Below are positions 8,461 to 17,877 of a DNA stretch of 27,507 nucleotides, one piece after another (the stretch's first letter is position 1; each line of letters starts with the position of its first letter). Both the position numbers and the translations under genes were made by a program. The DNA is from Coleofasciculus sp. B1-GNL1-01 (GTDB lineage: Bacteria > Cyanobacteriota > Cyanobacteriia > Cyanobacteriales > Coleofasciculaceae): NCBI GenBank assembly GCA_040220235.1, contig JAVJTO010000074.1; one strand, written 5' to 3'. The notes under the pieces were generated by a model. The model had not been told where the DNA came from, did no database searches, and saw nothing but the letters and a program-made list of their open reading frames with translations.

Positions 8461-9426
8461 ATGGAAACGCGACCTTTAGGAACTTCCGATATCAAAATCA
8501 CACCGATTATCATGGGTACCTGGCAGGCGGGTAAGAGTGCCTGGGTGGGGATTGAAGATGCGGAAACGATTAAAGCTATCCGAGCCGCTTTTGAGGCAGG
8601 TATCACGACAGTGGATACCGCAGAAATCTATGGTAAGGGGCATTCTGAGCAGATTGTCGCCCAGGCATTATCCGATGTGCGCGATCAGGTGGTTTATGCG
8701 TCCAAAGTGTGGGTGGGGAATCTGAAACACGATAAAGTTATCGAAGCCTGCGATCGCTCTCTGAAAAATCTCCAGACGGACTATATTGACTTATACCAAA
8801 TTCATTGGCCCCCCGGAACATTTAATACTGAGGTAGTGCCGCTTGAGGAGCCAATGAGCGCCTTGAATAAGCTAAAGGAACAGGGCAAAATTCGGGCAAT
8901 TGGTGTATCGAATTTCTCCCGCGCTCAGTTAGAAGAAGCGGCACAGTATGGGAAGATTGACAGCTTGCAGCCCCCCTACTCCTTGTTTTGGCGTAAAGTC
9001 GAGCAGGATGCCCAACCCTACTGCATTGAGAATAATATATCAATCTTGGCATACTCATCTCTTGCCCAAGGATTGCTCACCGGTAAATTTGGACCCGATC
9101 ATCAATTCCCAGAAGGCGATCATCGTGCCAAAAATCGTCTGTTTCAAGGAGACAACTATAAACGAGCGCAGCAAGCTTTAGATAAACTGCACCCGATTGC
9201 CGAACGCCATAATTGTAGTCTGGCTCAATTATCCTTAGCTTGGTTAATTGCCCAACCGCAAACGAATGCGATCGCGGGGGCGCGTCATGAGGGACAATCC
9301 TCTAGTAATGCTAAGGCGGCTGAGGTCAACTTATCTCCAGAAGAACTGCAAGAAATTGACGCGATCGGACGTATTGTCACGGATCACCTAGATGATAATC
9401 CCGTGATGTGGGATTGGGATTCATAA
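8461..9426 (+). CDS. Aldo/keto reductase
   Basis: METRPLG start, DTAEIYGKGHSE, ASK, IDLYQIHWP, IGVSNF and YSSLAQGLLTGK motifs. Confidence 0.95.
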   Translation: METRPLGTSDIKITPIIMGTWQAGKSAWVGIEDAETIKAIRAAFEAGITTVDTAEIYGKGHSEQIVAQALSDVRDQVVYASKVWVGNLKHDKVIEACDRSLKNLQTDYIDLYQIHWPPGTFNTEVVPLEEPMSALNKLKEQGKIRAIGVSNFSRAQLEEAAQYGKIDSLQPPYSLFWRKVEQDAQPYCIENNISILAYSSLAQGLLTGKFGPDHQFPEGDHRAKNRLFQGDNYKRAQQALDKLHPIAERHNCSLAQLSLAWLIAQPQTNAIAGARHEGQSSSNAKAAEVNLSPEELQEIDAIGRIVTDHLDDNPVMWDWDS

Positions 9427-9448
9427 CAGATAAATAATCAGAATAACC

Positions 9449-9498
9449 GCCCGGAGTTCAAACTCCGGGCTAATAGCTTAAGTCCATTGAAATGGACT
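9449..9498. repeat. Double hairpin between convergent genes (dispersed palindromic repeat or terminator)
   Basis: GCCCGGAGTT-ca-AACTCCGGGC and AGTCCAT-tgaa-ATGGACT. Confidence 0.65.
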
Positions 9499-9675
9499 AA
9501 AACTCTGATCTAGTCGTATGCCAGACGAATGCCAGCTTTTGGTGTTTTGGGTTTCATGACGCTCTTGTTACCCAACATCCACTCCTGTCCAACATAGCAT
9601 CAATGCCAAATGTAGCATTCGCACTTCAACGCTAGTGAGGATAGCGATCGCACCTTCAGTTATATTGTCACAAGA

Positions 9676-9939
9676 TTACTCATAATGAGTCCACATACGC
9701 AGAATCTTCACTGTATTCTCTGACTCAATCACTTCATACACGAGACGATGCTGGATATTGATGCGCCGCGAGTAAGCACCAGATAAATCACCCACCAGCT
9801 TTTCATAAGGTGGGGGATTCTGAAATGGATTGATTTCAATGATATCGAGTAGTGCTTGCGCTTTGTCTCGTAAATTACTTTGAGACAGCTTCTTGGCATC
9901 TTTCTGAGCCTGTTTTGTGTAGACAAGTTGCCAAGTCAC
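9676..9939 (-). CDS. yoeB: Txe/YoeB-family mRNase toxin
   Basis: NPFQNPPPYEKLVGDLSGAYSRRINIQHRLVY...WTHYE. The GTG start overlaps the antitoxin TGA (GTGA). Confidence 0.93.
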   Translation of the reverse strand: MTWQLVYTKQAQKDAKKLSQSNLRDKAQALLDIIEINPFQNPPPYEKLVGDLSGAYSRRINIQHRLVYEVIESENTVKILRMWTHYE

Positions 9940-10181
9940 CACTCCAACTCTCGATCACATTCTTCAATCGGAGTCGCCAAACCAGTACGAATTGATTCCC
10001 GCATTCCCGGTATCGAAAGTAGATACAGCGTTTCTTGAATCGCTAACCAATCTGCTTCAGACAGTAAAATCGCATTGCTGCTTTGAGAAGCAATGACAAT
10101 CGGCTGATGGGATTGACTCACAGCATCGATCAAGTCTTGCAATTGCTGTTTGGCTTCATTAATAGGAATCATCGCCACCAA
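9936..10181 (-). CDS. yefM: Phd/YefM-family antitoxin (true start possibly 10178 or 10172)
   Basis: EAKQQLQDLID...AILLSEADWLAIQETLYLLSIPGMRESI, translationally coupled to the toxin. Confidence 0.92.
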   Translation of the reverse strand: MVAMIPINEAKQQLQDLIDAVSQSHQPIVIASQSSNAILLSEADWLAIQETLYLLSIPGMRESIRTGLATPIEECDRELEW

Positions 10182-10214
10182 CTTAGTAAGGTTTAAACTA
10201 ATTACACTTTCATC

Positions 10215-10317
10215 TATAGCAATCCTATTTAGGTCGTGGCAATTTTCAAAAATGAAACCCTTGCTATACCTGGGTTTCGAGCATTTCGCTTATTGCATCC
10301 TATTTAGGATTGCTATA
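10215..10317. mobile_element. MITE with TATAGCAATCCTA termini
   Basis: TATAGCAATCCTA ... TAGGATTGCTATA is a perfect 13-bp inverted repeat. Confidence 0.8.
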
Positions 10318-10318
10318 T

Positions 10319-10540
10319 TACAGCGCTTTTCGCTGTAATAAAGTACAGTAGATCAAAGTCCCCCTTCAGATCCCCCTCCCGTCCCCCTATTAGATCCCCC
10401 TCCCGTCCCCCTTCAAAAGGGGGAAGCTAGCTGATGCTTCGCTTTTTGTTCCACGGGGGAAGCCAAAGGATGCTTCGCTTTTTTTGCACGGGGATTTAGG
10501 GGGATCGACAATGTACCGCATAGCAGAGCAAACTGCTGTA
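10319..10540. mobile_element. TA-flanked MITE containing C-rich/G-rich internal repeats
   Basis: Imperfect 29-nt ends TACAGC...GTACA / TGTAC...GCTGTA. Internal duplications AGATCCCCCTCCCGTCCCCCT x2 and GATGCTTCGCTTTTT x2. Confidence 0.7.
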
Positions 10541-10788
10541 TGAGCGATTAGCGCGAGCTATGCGTGACGCTAGCGCTGCTGCTTTCAGTAGATTGTACTC
10601 AGGAGTGTCATGACGTAGGCTTCCCTGGTGCGTCGTTCTGCTTCTAAGCGATGGATTTCTGGAAGTTCAGGTAAATTTCCTGTCAGTTTAATGTCCAATT
10701 TGAGTTTTTGGGTTGACATAGTATTTCAGAGTAGTGGTGTGACAAAACTCAATTTGCATGCTTTCTTTCACCGCGAATCCTAAACGGC

Positions 10789-12843
10789 TTAATTATCATC
10801 CAGAGGCAATTCATGTTCGGGTGGTTCGAGTGGAGGTTGAGCATCTGTACCCTGAGGAACCACCACAAGCGGGGGAGGCGGTTCTAAAATCCTTTGCCAT
10901 TCTTGAATTGACACTTGAGCCGCACTATAGGCTTCGGTTCCCGAAGGAATCATTTTAGCCAGTCGAATCGCTTCAGTTAAGCTAAGAGCGGCTCGATCTT
11001 GAGCCAGTGCCAACAGTTGATAACTCCAGCGATTAACCGCCGAGACTGCATCACCTCTAACTTTGGCGGAACTGGGAACTTGTCTGGCTAAGCGAATTGC
11101 CTCCACAATAGCGTCGGGGGTACCGGGAGTGGCAGCTCGATAGGCTTGTTGCAAGCGCTGTTGTCCCAAAACTTCTGTTTTCCAGCCCTTAATCAGGCTT
11201 TGTGCTTCCCCATAGAGTACCCGTCCGGATTTGATTTGTTCAGCCGCCGCGATCGCAGCCGAAAGATTTCCGGAATTGGCAAGGGTACGAGCTTGATCAA
11301 GATAGGGTTGGTCTTCTAGGCGTTGAACCGTGCGCGTCCAGTCTTTGATTTTACTCTGCGCTTCTGAGTAAAGAGCGCGATTGGGGGCAATCCGACGGGC
11401 TTCTTGGATGGCTTCTCGTAAGGATTGGACTCCGCCAAAGCTGGCAAGTTGGGTGGCGCGATCAAGATAGGGCTGATCTTCTATGGTTTGGATCTGACGA
11501 GTCCATTGGCTAATCTCCGCCCTCGCTTCCTGGTAGCGGGGATTACGGCTGGGAATCAGTTTGGCTTCTGCGATCGCGATCTGTAAATCGCTGACTAGCC
11601 CAGAACTGGCAAACGTCCGCGCCCGTTCCAGTCTAGCCACGTCCTCAATTTCCCGTTGCCATCGATCAATTAATTCCTGACCTTCATCATATAGAGGACG
11701 ATCAGTACCCAGTTTCTGCGCCGAGGCGATCGCGATTTCCAAATCCCCAATGCTTCCCGATTCAGCCAGGGATATGGCATTGGCTAAGTCAATCAAATCT
11801 GCCTTAACATCTGGTAATTTCACGCTAGCGGGTAACTTATTGGCAATCTCTAACACCCCTTGCCAGTTCCGTTGTTCTAAGCGACTCGTCGCCAGTTTGA
11901 GTAATTTATTCCCACTCTCAGCAATTAAATCTTGAGCTTCTTTGTAGGCAAAACTCTTGGGCGTGATTTTCTCGGCTGCTTCAATCGCCTTTAAAATATC
12001 ATCGACGCGACCCGTTTTACTCAGCCGATAGGCTTCATCCAACTTCTGACTATCGTCTCGTCCGATTTGAATCAGATCCACGAGTTGGTTGTACTTGACG
12101 GCTGCCCAATACTGATTATCTATCGTTGTCAGCTTAACCGCTTCTCGAAATGCTAATGTCCAATTGGACTGTCTCAGGTGTTCCTCGGCTTGTTCATAAA
12201 TCCCTGAAGCCTTTTGCCACAGCGTTTCCCATTCCTTAATTTGTTCTTTGACTAGCGTAAACGCCGGAACATCCCTAGGAATCCGGTTGGCAATCTCAAT
12301 CGCTTCCTCTAGCTGACCGGCTTGAAACTTTTCTTCGCCAATGGCTAAAATCTCGACTGACCACTCTTCGATATGGCGATTAATTTCCGGGCGCAAGGGA
12401 TGGTCTTTCGGTAAAGCATCGATGAGTGCGATCGCTTCTAGCAAATCCTTGGTGGTGCGCTTATTTGCCGCAAGCTGGGAGCAATAGAGGCGTACTGATG
12501 CCGAAGCCGTGGGCCAAAAAATTGAGGGACAATTTGGCACGGCAGGTAGCTTAAGCAAAAGGGCAACGGAAGAAAATCCAATCCCACCTGAGACTAAAAT
12601 AATCACCGTCATCCAAAATGTCCAGCCCAAGGTAAAGCGGCGTCTTGGTTCTTTCGGCTGTTGAGGAGAGGGGGGGGCTGGCTTCGTCGTCACTTGTTGG
12701 GGAGTGGTTTGACGATGAGAGGTTGAATGTCCGACCCGATGAGGATCAACAGCATTCTTCTGGTGTTGCCAATCCTGGCTCCAACGGGGTTGGGAAGACC
12801 GAGTAGCATACCAATGATTGGGCATTTTTCGATTTCTAGTCAT
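10789..12843 (-). CDS. Conserved cyanobacterial membrane-anchored alpha-helical repeat protein
   Basis: One TM segment, LPAVPNC..IFWPTASAS.RLYC motif, and repeated AI..A..I....Y.EA...I..W units. No Walker A seen. Confidence 0.85.
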   Translation of the reverse strand: MTRNRKMPNHWYATRSSQPRWSQDWQHQKNAVDPHRVGHSTSHRQTTPQQVTTKPAPPSPQQPKEPRRRFTLGWTFWMTVIILVSGGIGFSSVALLLKLPAVPNCPSIFWPTASASVRLYCSQLAANKRTTKDLLEAIALIDALPKDHPLRPEINRHIEEWSVEILAIGEEKFQAGQLEEAIEIANRIPRDVPAFTLVKEQIKEWETLWQKASGIYEQAEEHLRQSNWTLAFREAVKLTTIDNQYWAAVKYNQLVDLIQIGRDDSQKLDEAYRLSKTGRVDDILKAIEAAEKITPKSFAYKEAQDLIAESGNKLLKLATSRLEQRNWQGVLEIANKLPASVKLPDVKADLIDLANAISLAESGSIGDLEIAIASAQKLGTDRPLYDEGQELIDRWQREIEDVARLERARTFASSGLVSDLQIAIAEAKLIPSRNPRYQEARAEISQWTRQIQTIEDQPYLDRATQLASFGGVQSLREAIQEARRIAPNRALYSEAQSKIKDWTRTVQRLEDQPYLDQARTLANSGNLSAAIAAAEQIKSGRVLYGEAQSLIKGWKTEVLGQQRLQQAYRAATPGTPDAIVEAIRLARQVPSSAKVRGDAVSAVNRWSYQLLALAQDRAALSLTEAIRLAKMIPSGTEAYSAAQVSIQEWQRILEPPPPLVVVPQGTDAQPPLEPPEHELPLDDN

Positions 12844-13135
12844 AACTCACTCCACCACTCGCTAAGCCTAATGCTGTGGGTTTTATAGCACCCTCAGTTG
12901 TTGCAATACTACTCTCGTTAGACAGAAAAAGCCATATTCTCCCTGAGACTTGATCGGGAATGGGAGCTAGGACAGTTGCCGTTAAGATGAGACTGATTGC
13001 TCTTATATCGAATCACTAACGCCATACCTCCCAGGCAGAAAACTACCCAAATTGGTGTTCATACATATATAAAGACAGACTAGAGCCAATCAACTCTCAC
13101 CTTTCCTATTCCCAATTCCCCTAACTCAATCTCGA

Positions 13136-14035
13136 TTAAACGGACTCAGCTTTTAAATCCTGAATCAGTTGAGCCAGTTCATCTCCACTCGCTTGGTAAA
13201 CTTCCCCACAGAAGTGGCAAGTTGCTTCAGCGCCTTCGTCTTTTTCAATCATATCCTGAAGTTCGGCTTCACCTAGCATTTTCAGCGCTCCCAAAACCCG
13301 ATCAAACGAGCAACCGCAGTCAAAACGCACCATTTGGATTTCGGGCAGAATTACCAAGCCCAAATCCCCCAATATCTGTTCAAAGATAGCCGGTAACGTT
13401 TTACCTTCCTGCAACAGAGGCGTGAATCCGGATAGCTTGGCGATGCGAGATTCCAAAATCTGCACTAAAGACTCGTCTTTAGCCGCTTTCGGTAAAATTT
13501 GGATTAATAGCCCTCCCGATGCGGTTACGCCTTCAGCGCCGACAAATACACCCACAATCAGCGCTGATGGGGTTTGTTCAGATGTGAGCAGGTAATGAGC
13601 AATGTCATCGCCAATTTCCCCTGACACCAGTTCTACTGTACTGGAATAGGGATAGCCATACCCTACATCCCGGATCACATAGAGATAACCGTCACGCCCA
13701 ACAGCACCGCCAACATCGAGTTTGCCAGAGTCGTTGGGCGGTAGTTCAATGGCGGGATTATCCACATATCCTCTAACCGTACCATCTAAGCCCGCATCAA
13801 CCAAAATTCCGCCCAAGGGACCATTTCCTTTCACCCGAATATTTACCCTTGACCCTTCCCGCTTCATATTAGACGCCAACAACAAGCCAGAGGACATCGT
13901 GCGCCCCAGGGCAGCCGTTGCCACATAAGAGAGCTGATGGCGCTGACGGGCTTCTTCGGTGAGGCGCGTGGTAATCACACCGACGGCGCGGATACCCCCT
14001 TCTGCTGCGGTGGCGCGAATTAACTGATCAGCCAT
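13136..14035 (-). CDS. hslO: Hsp33 redox-regulated chaperone
   Basis: AALGRTM, ELVSGEIGDD, SEQTPS, and Zn motifs CGCS and CHFC. Confidence 0.97.
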   Translation of the reverse strand: MADQLIRATAAEGGIRAVGVITTRLTEEARQRHQLSYVATAALGRTMSSGLLLASNMKREGSRVNIRVKGNGPLGGILVDAGLDGTVRGYVDNPAIELPPNDSGKLDVGGAVGRDGYLYVIRDVGYGYPYSSTVELVSGEIGDDIAHYLLTSEQTPSALIVGVFVGAEGVTASGGLLIQILPKAAKDESLVQILESRIAKLSGFTPLLQEGKTLPAIFEQILGDLGLVILPEIQMVRFDCGCSFDRVLGALKMLGEAELQDMIEKDEGAEATCHFCGEVYQASGDELAQLIQDLKAESV

Positions 14036-14229
14036 GAAACAACCTTACACTTCTTAACATACTCCCTTTTTATTTTAGGTTGGGTCGTTAGCATAAGGCG
14101 CGATCGCACCGTTGATAGTCGGTGATGGATTCACAGCCGTGCTGTCCCTGGCGATTAAAAGGATTAATATAATGTAATATCGAGAGTTACGCTCTTGAAC
14201 AACAGACCTATTGTTTTTGGACACAGATT

Positions 14230-14616
14230 ATGTTGGGAACCTTTCAACAAAGTCACCTCCGCATTGAACTCGAAGCTCCCCATACTGTTATCCGAGACAG
14301 TCTGCTGCATTCAGAAAAACTGCGCCAATGGTTACCGACTCAACGCCTTTCCCCTGGATTACCAGAACAACTCTATCCCGGAGTCACCTTTACCAGTTGG
14401 ATTGGTCCGCTTGCTATCCAACATCAGGTAGAGGTAGCTGAGTCTTACGGGTTACGACTGCTGTTGAGCCAGGGAATCGATGGCTATCACGAATGGTGTT
14501 GGGGTGAAGGATGGGTACAGTCTCGTTTAGAGGGGGTGTCTCTGTTCCCGTTAAATATGGGTCAAACCCTGAGTTTGCTAAGGCTACGGGAATTTATCGC
14601 CACCCAGCGGGGATGA
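14230..14616 (+). CDS. Conserved hypothetical protein, possibly SRPBCC-like
   Basis: ATG ORF divergent from hslO. QSHLRIE, LRQW, GIDGYHEW and VQSRLEG motifs; the fold is a guess. Confidence 0.75.
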   Translation: MLGTFQQSHLRIELEAPHTVIRDSLLHSEKLRQWLPTQRLSPGLPEQLYPGVTFTSWIGPLAIQHQVEVAESYGLRLLLSQGIDGYHEWCWGEGWVQSRLEGVSLFPLNMGQTLSLLRLREFIATQRG

Positions 14617-14756
14617 GGAAGCTGGGGAAGATGGGGGAAATGGGGGAGATGAGGGAGATGGGGAAGATGGGGAACAGAAAGAAGAATTATTTCAATGAAC
14701 CATGCACAATCAACAAATAACGAATGACAAATGACAAATGACGAATGACAAATGAC
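14617..14756. repeat. Purine-rich 9-mer tandem repeat plus STRR2-like heptamer repeat
   Basis: GGGRAGATG-like units (about 14617-14672) and AATGAC(A/G) x5 (14722-14756). Confidence 0.85.
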
Positions 14757-14789
14757 ATTCCCACCACTAGCTTTAGTTTTTTGACCTAC

Positions 14790-15500
14790 TCAACGCCGCT
14801 TTAATTTCTTGGGGATCGCGATATTCATCCGATTGTGAAAGTCTTCCTGTACCTTGTGACTTAGGCGGCGAGACACTTGGCGGACGATTTGTTGCAACAG
14901 GCGATCGCCTGTACTTTGAATCAAAGACTGGGGTAACTTGTGGATAAACTTAGGAAACCGTACACCAACGATTAAATCAAGCTCCCACTCGATACGGGTA
15001 ATGGTGGGGGGAAGTTCTAGTCCCTCAAGCTGTTGCTCAGAAAAATACTCGTGAGTTGGAATCGGCACAAACCCTTGATTCGCCTGAAAGTCAACCTCAT
15101 AGCCAGGAGGATTGTAACCGGGGACAGGGATCGTCTGAATCTTATAGATCCCATCCTGGCGCGGAAGTAGTTCTAGCCCGATTTTTGGCTCAACTTCGTA
15201 GCCGAATGACCCAAAACGCCCAATCGTTAAAGCATAACCATTGGCTCCAATCGGTTCAGCCTTCATCGGCTGGGCGCAGTCACGAAACCATTCTTGGTGA
15301 GTATCCAGATAGGCAGTCACTCGTTCCGGTTCGGCATACATCTCTACACCATTTTGGAAGTGACCGTAAAACTGAGTCAACTCAGGCGCTAATTGGCATG
15401 ATTGGGACTCGTCTCTCTCAGGTTCGGTAAAAGTGGATTGGGTATCTAGATGCACTGGCTCGATTGTGATGGGTTGCTGGTTAAGGAATTGGGACTGCAT
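14790..15500 (-). CDS. DUF1997 family protein
   Basis: YLDTHQEWFRDCAQPM, GRFGSFGYEVEPKIGL and LIQSTGDRLLQQIV motifs. Confidence 0.85.
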   Translation of the reverse strand: MQSQFLNQQPITIEPVHLDTQSTFTEPERDESQSCQLAPELTQFYGHFQNGVEMYAEPERVTAYLDTHQEWFRDCAQPMKAEPIGANGYALTIGRFGSFGYEVEPKIGLELLPRQDGIYKIQTIPVPGYNPPGYEVDFQANQGFVPIPTHEYFSEQQLEGLELPPTITRIEWELDLIVGVRFPKFIHKLPQSLIQSTGDRLLQQIVRQVSRRLSHKVQEDFHNRMNIAIPKKLKRR

Positions 15501-15740
15501 AATTGCTCCACGGTGTCAGTTCGGGTTGGTGCCTATTACTAGGATGCCCACTGGCAGTTGTTCATTCTCTCTTTCATCTTCACGAATTTACGGTATAAAT
15601 CTGCACATCTGGTAAAACTTCATTGATAATTTATAGAATTGAAAAGAGAATGTTAAGGAATCGAATCCAAAAATACTGGCTCTTTACAGCATAACTTGTG
15701 TATCTTGCCGTCAACTCTCACTGTTGAAGGAAATTTCTAG

Positions 15741-16400
15741 ATGAAAGCATTGGTAGCCGGAGCGACAGGTCAAACAGGACGCCGAATCGTCAATGAACTG
15801 GTCAAACGCAATATCCCCGTTCGCGCTTTGGTGCGTAACTTGGAGAAAGGGCAGGAAATTTTACCCCCTGAAGCCGAGTTAGTCGTTGGGGACGTATTAA
15901 AGCCTGAGAGTCTCAGCGCTGCTATGGGAGATAGCACCGTTGTTTTTTGTGCCACAGGTGCTACACCCAGCTTCAATCCCCTAGAACCCTACCAAGTGGA
16001 CTATGAGGGGACGAAGAACCTGATCGATATTGCCAAAGCCAAAAACATTGAGCATTTTGTCATGGTTTCTTCACTTTGCGTCTCTCAACTTTTACATCCC
16101 CTAAATCTGTTTTGGTTAATTTTGGTTTGGAAAAAGCAAGCCGAGGAGTATCTCCAGAAAAGTGGCTTAACCCATACCATTGTCCGACCTGGGGGGCTGA
16201 AAAACGAAGATACGCCTGATTCTGTGGTAATGTCATCAGCAGATACACTGTTTGATGGGAGTATCCCCCGCACGAAAGTGGCACAGGTTTGCGTCGAGGC
16301 GCTCTTTCAAGACGAGGCACGTAATAAGATTGTAGAAGTGATTGCCCGTCCAGAAGCGAGCGATCGCAGTTGGCAAGAACTATTCGCTAATGTTGCCTAA
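15741..16400 (+). CDS. Atypical SDR / NmrA-like NAD(P)H-binding protein
   Basis: VAGATGQTG, ALVR, VDYEGTKNL and TIVRPGGL motifs. Confidence 0.93.
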   Translation: MKALVAGATGQTGRRIVNELVKRNIPVRALVRNLEKGQEILPPEAELVVGDVLKPESLSAAMGDSTVVFCATGATPSFNPLEPYQVDYEGTKNLIDIAKAKNIEHFVMVSSLCVSQLLHPLNLFWLILVWKKQAEEYLQKSGLTHTIVRPGGLKNEDTPDSVVMSSADTLFDGSIPRTKVAQVCVEALFQDEARNKIVEVIARPEASDRSWQELFANVA

Positions 16401-16410
16401 TCCAACTGTA

Positions 16411-16517
16411 GTGGCGTGGCACAGCTAAAGTGGTGGAATAGATTTGACAGTTAAATCTGGCGCACATCTGTGCGCCCCTACAATTGGTAATCTACCAAAT
16501 TAGGCGTGTCACGCCAG
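16411..16517. mobile_element. 107-bp MITE with TA duplication, inserted in a REP palindrome
   Basis: Ends GTGGCGTGGCACAGCTAA / TTAGGCGTGTCACGCCAG. TA at 16409-16410 and 16518-16519. Confidence 0.75.
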
Positions 16518-16674
16518 TAGAAACGTTCCATGCAGCGTCTCTACAGTCTATGGGTCAAATTGTATAACGATGGAGTTATCGCTGTTTCCATAAAGGTTAG
16601 GACAGATTGAACGGTTCTTGCACCCACGTACTTGTACTAAATTTTCTGCCCTAGAGCCTTCTGCCTTTCACTAT

Positions 16675-17310
16675 ATGAAACGTCTAATTAAATGGATTAA
16701 TATCCTTATTTTAATGATCCTATTCCTCGAACTGCGTGAAGAATTTCAACGAGGGGAATGGAGTTTTAATGATCCCAGAGGTGAAAAGGGGACTCAACCG
16801 TTAGTCATGCGAGGTGGTGATCCTTATATTCGGGCGCTGATGCGAACAATTTCCGCAAGTGAGGCAAATGTGTCTCAACCTTATTCGGTACTGTATGGAG
16901 GAGAGCATGTTTGGGATTTGAGCGATCATCCTAACCGCTGTGTGCCGATTGTCGCAGGTCCCAATGTGGGTAATTGTACCACCGCCGCCGGACGATATCA
17001 GTTTATTAACACGACTTGGTATAACAAAGCCAGACGTTATCATCCTCAGCCTTGGCAACTATTTTGGTGGAGTAACTATAGCTTTGAGCCACAATATCAG
17101 GATGCGGTCGTTTATGCTTGGCTGAGTGATAATCAAGCGTGGGGAATGGATATTTCCCAACAATTGCGCCAAGGTAAAGTGGATCAAGTATTGCGGCGAT
17201 TGTCAGGAACCTGGACAAGTCTGGGTTATGGTATTGAAACCAATTCAATGTCTCGATATTTACCGGGGATTTATCAGCGAATTCTTCAGGAAGAATTACA
17301 ACAAAGTTGA
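16675..17310 (+). CDS. Lambda-type lysozyme/transglycosylase (GH24/GH104-like) with N-terminal hydrophobic anchor
   Basis: RALMRTISASE, TAAGRYQF, F.PQYQD and W.SL motifs. ATG 16675 is preferred. Confidence 0.88.
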   Translation: MKRLIKWINILILMILFLELREEFQRGEWSFNDPRGEKGTQPLVMRGGDPYIRALMRTISASEANVSQPYSVLYGGEHVWDLSDHPNRCVPIVAGPNVGNCTTAAGRYQFINTTWYNKARRYHPQPWQLFWWSNYSFEPQYQDAVVYAWLSDNQAWGMDISQQLRQGKVDQVLRRLSGTWTSLGYGIETNSMSRYLPGIYQRILQEELQQS

Positions 17311-17351
17311 ACAAAAGCAAAGGAGAAATGTTAAATTTATAAACTATAAGT

Positions 17352-17444
17352 CAATTGTAGGGGCGGGTTTAGTCACAATTGTAGGGGCGGGTTTAGGAAC
17401 TACAGTCAGCTATTGCTGAAATAACTGAACAACAAAACCCGCCC
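17352..17444. repeat. REPIN-like element with a duplicated left arm
   Basis: CAATTGTAGGGGCGGGTTTAG twice (17352, 17376), then AAAACCCGCCC. Confidence 0.85.
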
Positions 17445-17540
17445 TAGCTCACCGATAACTGCTATATCATTTTTTTCTGTCATCTGCCTTCTACCTTCTG
17501 CCCTATTTTTCTGTAAGTATTCAATCGAAGTTCAAATAAA

Positions 17541-17831
17541 ATGCCAAATCAATCACAGGAACAAATCCGCGCCCACGTTTTCATTTCTGGACAAGTTCAA
17601 GGCGTTGGCTATCGTCTTTCAACCGTCAGTGAAGCTCGTCGATGCAGTGTAAATGGTTGGGTGCGAAATTTGTCCGATGGTCGAGTGGAAGCGGTGTTTG
17701 AAGGGGATAAATCAGGAGTTGAGGACATGATTAATTGGTGTCATCAGGGTCCTTCTGCTGCTGTGGTGAAAGATGTAGCGGTGGAATATGAGGAACCGGA
17801 AGGGTTGAGCGGATTTGAGACAAGGCGGTGA
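17541..17831 (+). CDS. acyP: Acylphosphatase
   Basis: SGQVQGVGYR, GWVRNLSDGRVE and GP.AA.V motifs. Confidence 0.95.
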   Translation: MPNQSQEQIRAHVFISGQVQGVGYRLSTVSEARRCSVNGWVRNLSDGRVEAVFEGDKSGVEDMINWCHQGPSAAVVKDVAVEYEEPEGLSGFETRR

Positions 17832-17846
17832 GGAACAGGAATCATA

Positions 17847-17874
17847 GTAGAGACGTAGCATGCTACGTCTCTAC
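17847..17874. repeat. Perfect 28-bp GTAG-REP palindrome between convergent genes
   Basis: GTAGAGACGTAGCATGCTACGTCTCTAC. Relatives at 16517-16544 and 25760-25787. Confidence 0.9.
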
Positions 17875-17877
17875 AAA

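Noticed and set aside
10789..12843. Chromosome segregation ATPase label often given to such proteins
   Set aside because: No Walker A/B motifs; only helical repeats and a TM segment.
15447..15455. 9-nt complement to the NsiR1-like core in the DUF1997 mRNA
   Set aside because: A given 9-mer is expected about 0.2 times by chance on two strands of 27.5 kb.
16675..17310. Prophage
   Set aside because: The lysozyme stands alone, with no integrase, structural or holin genes.
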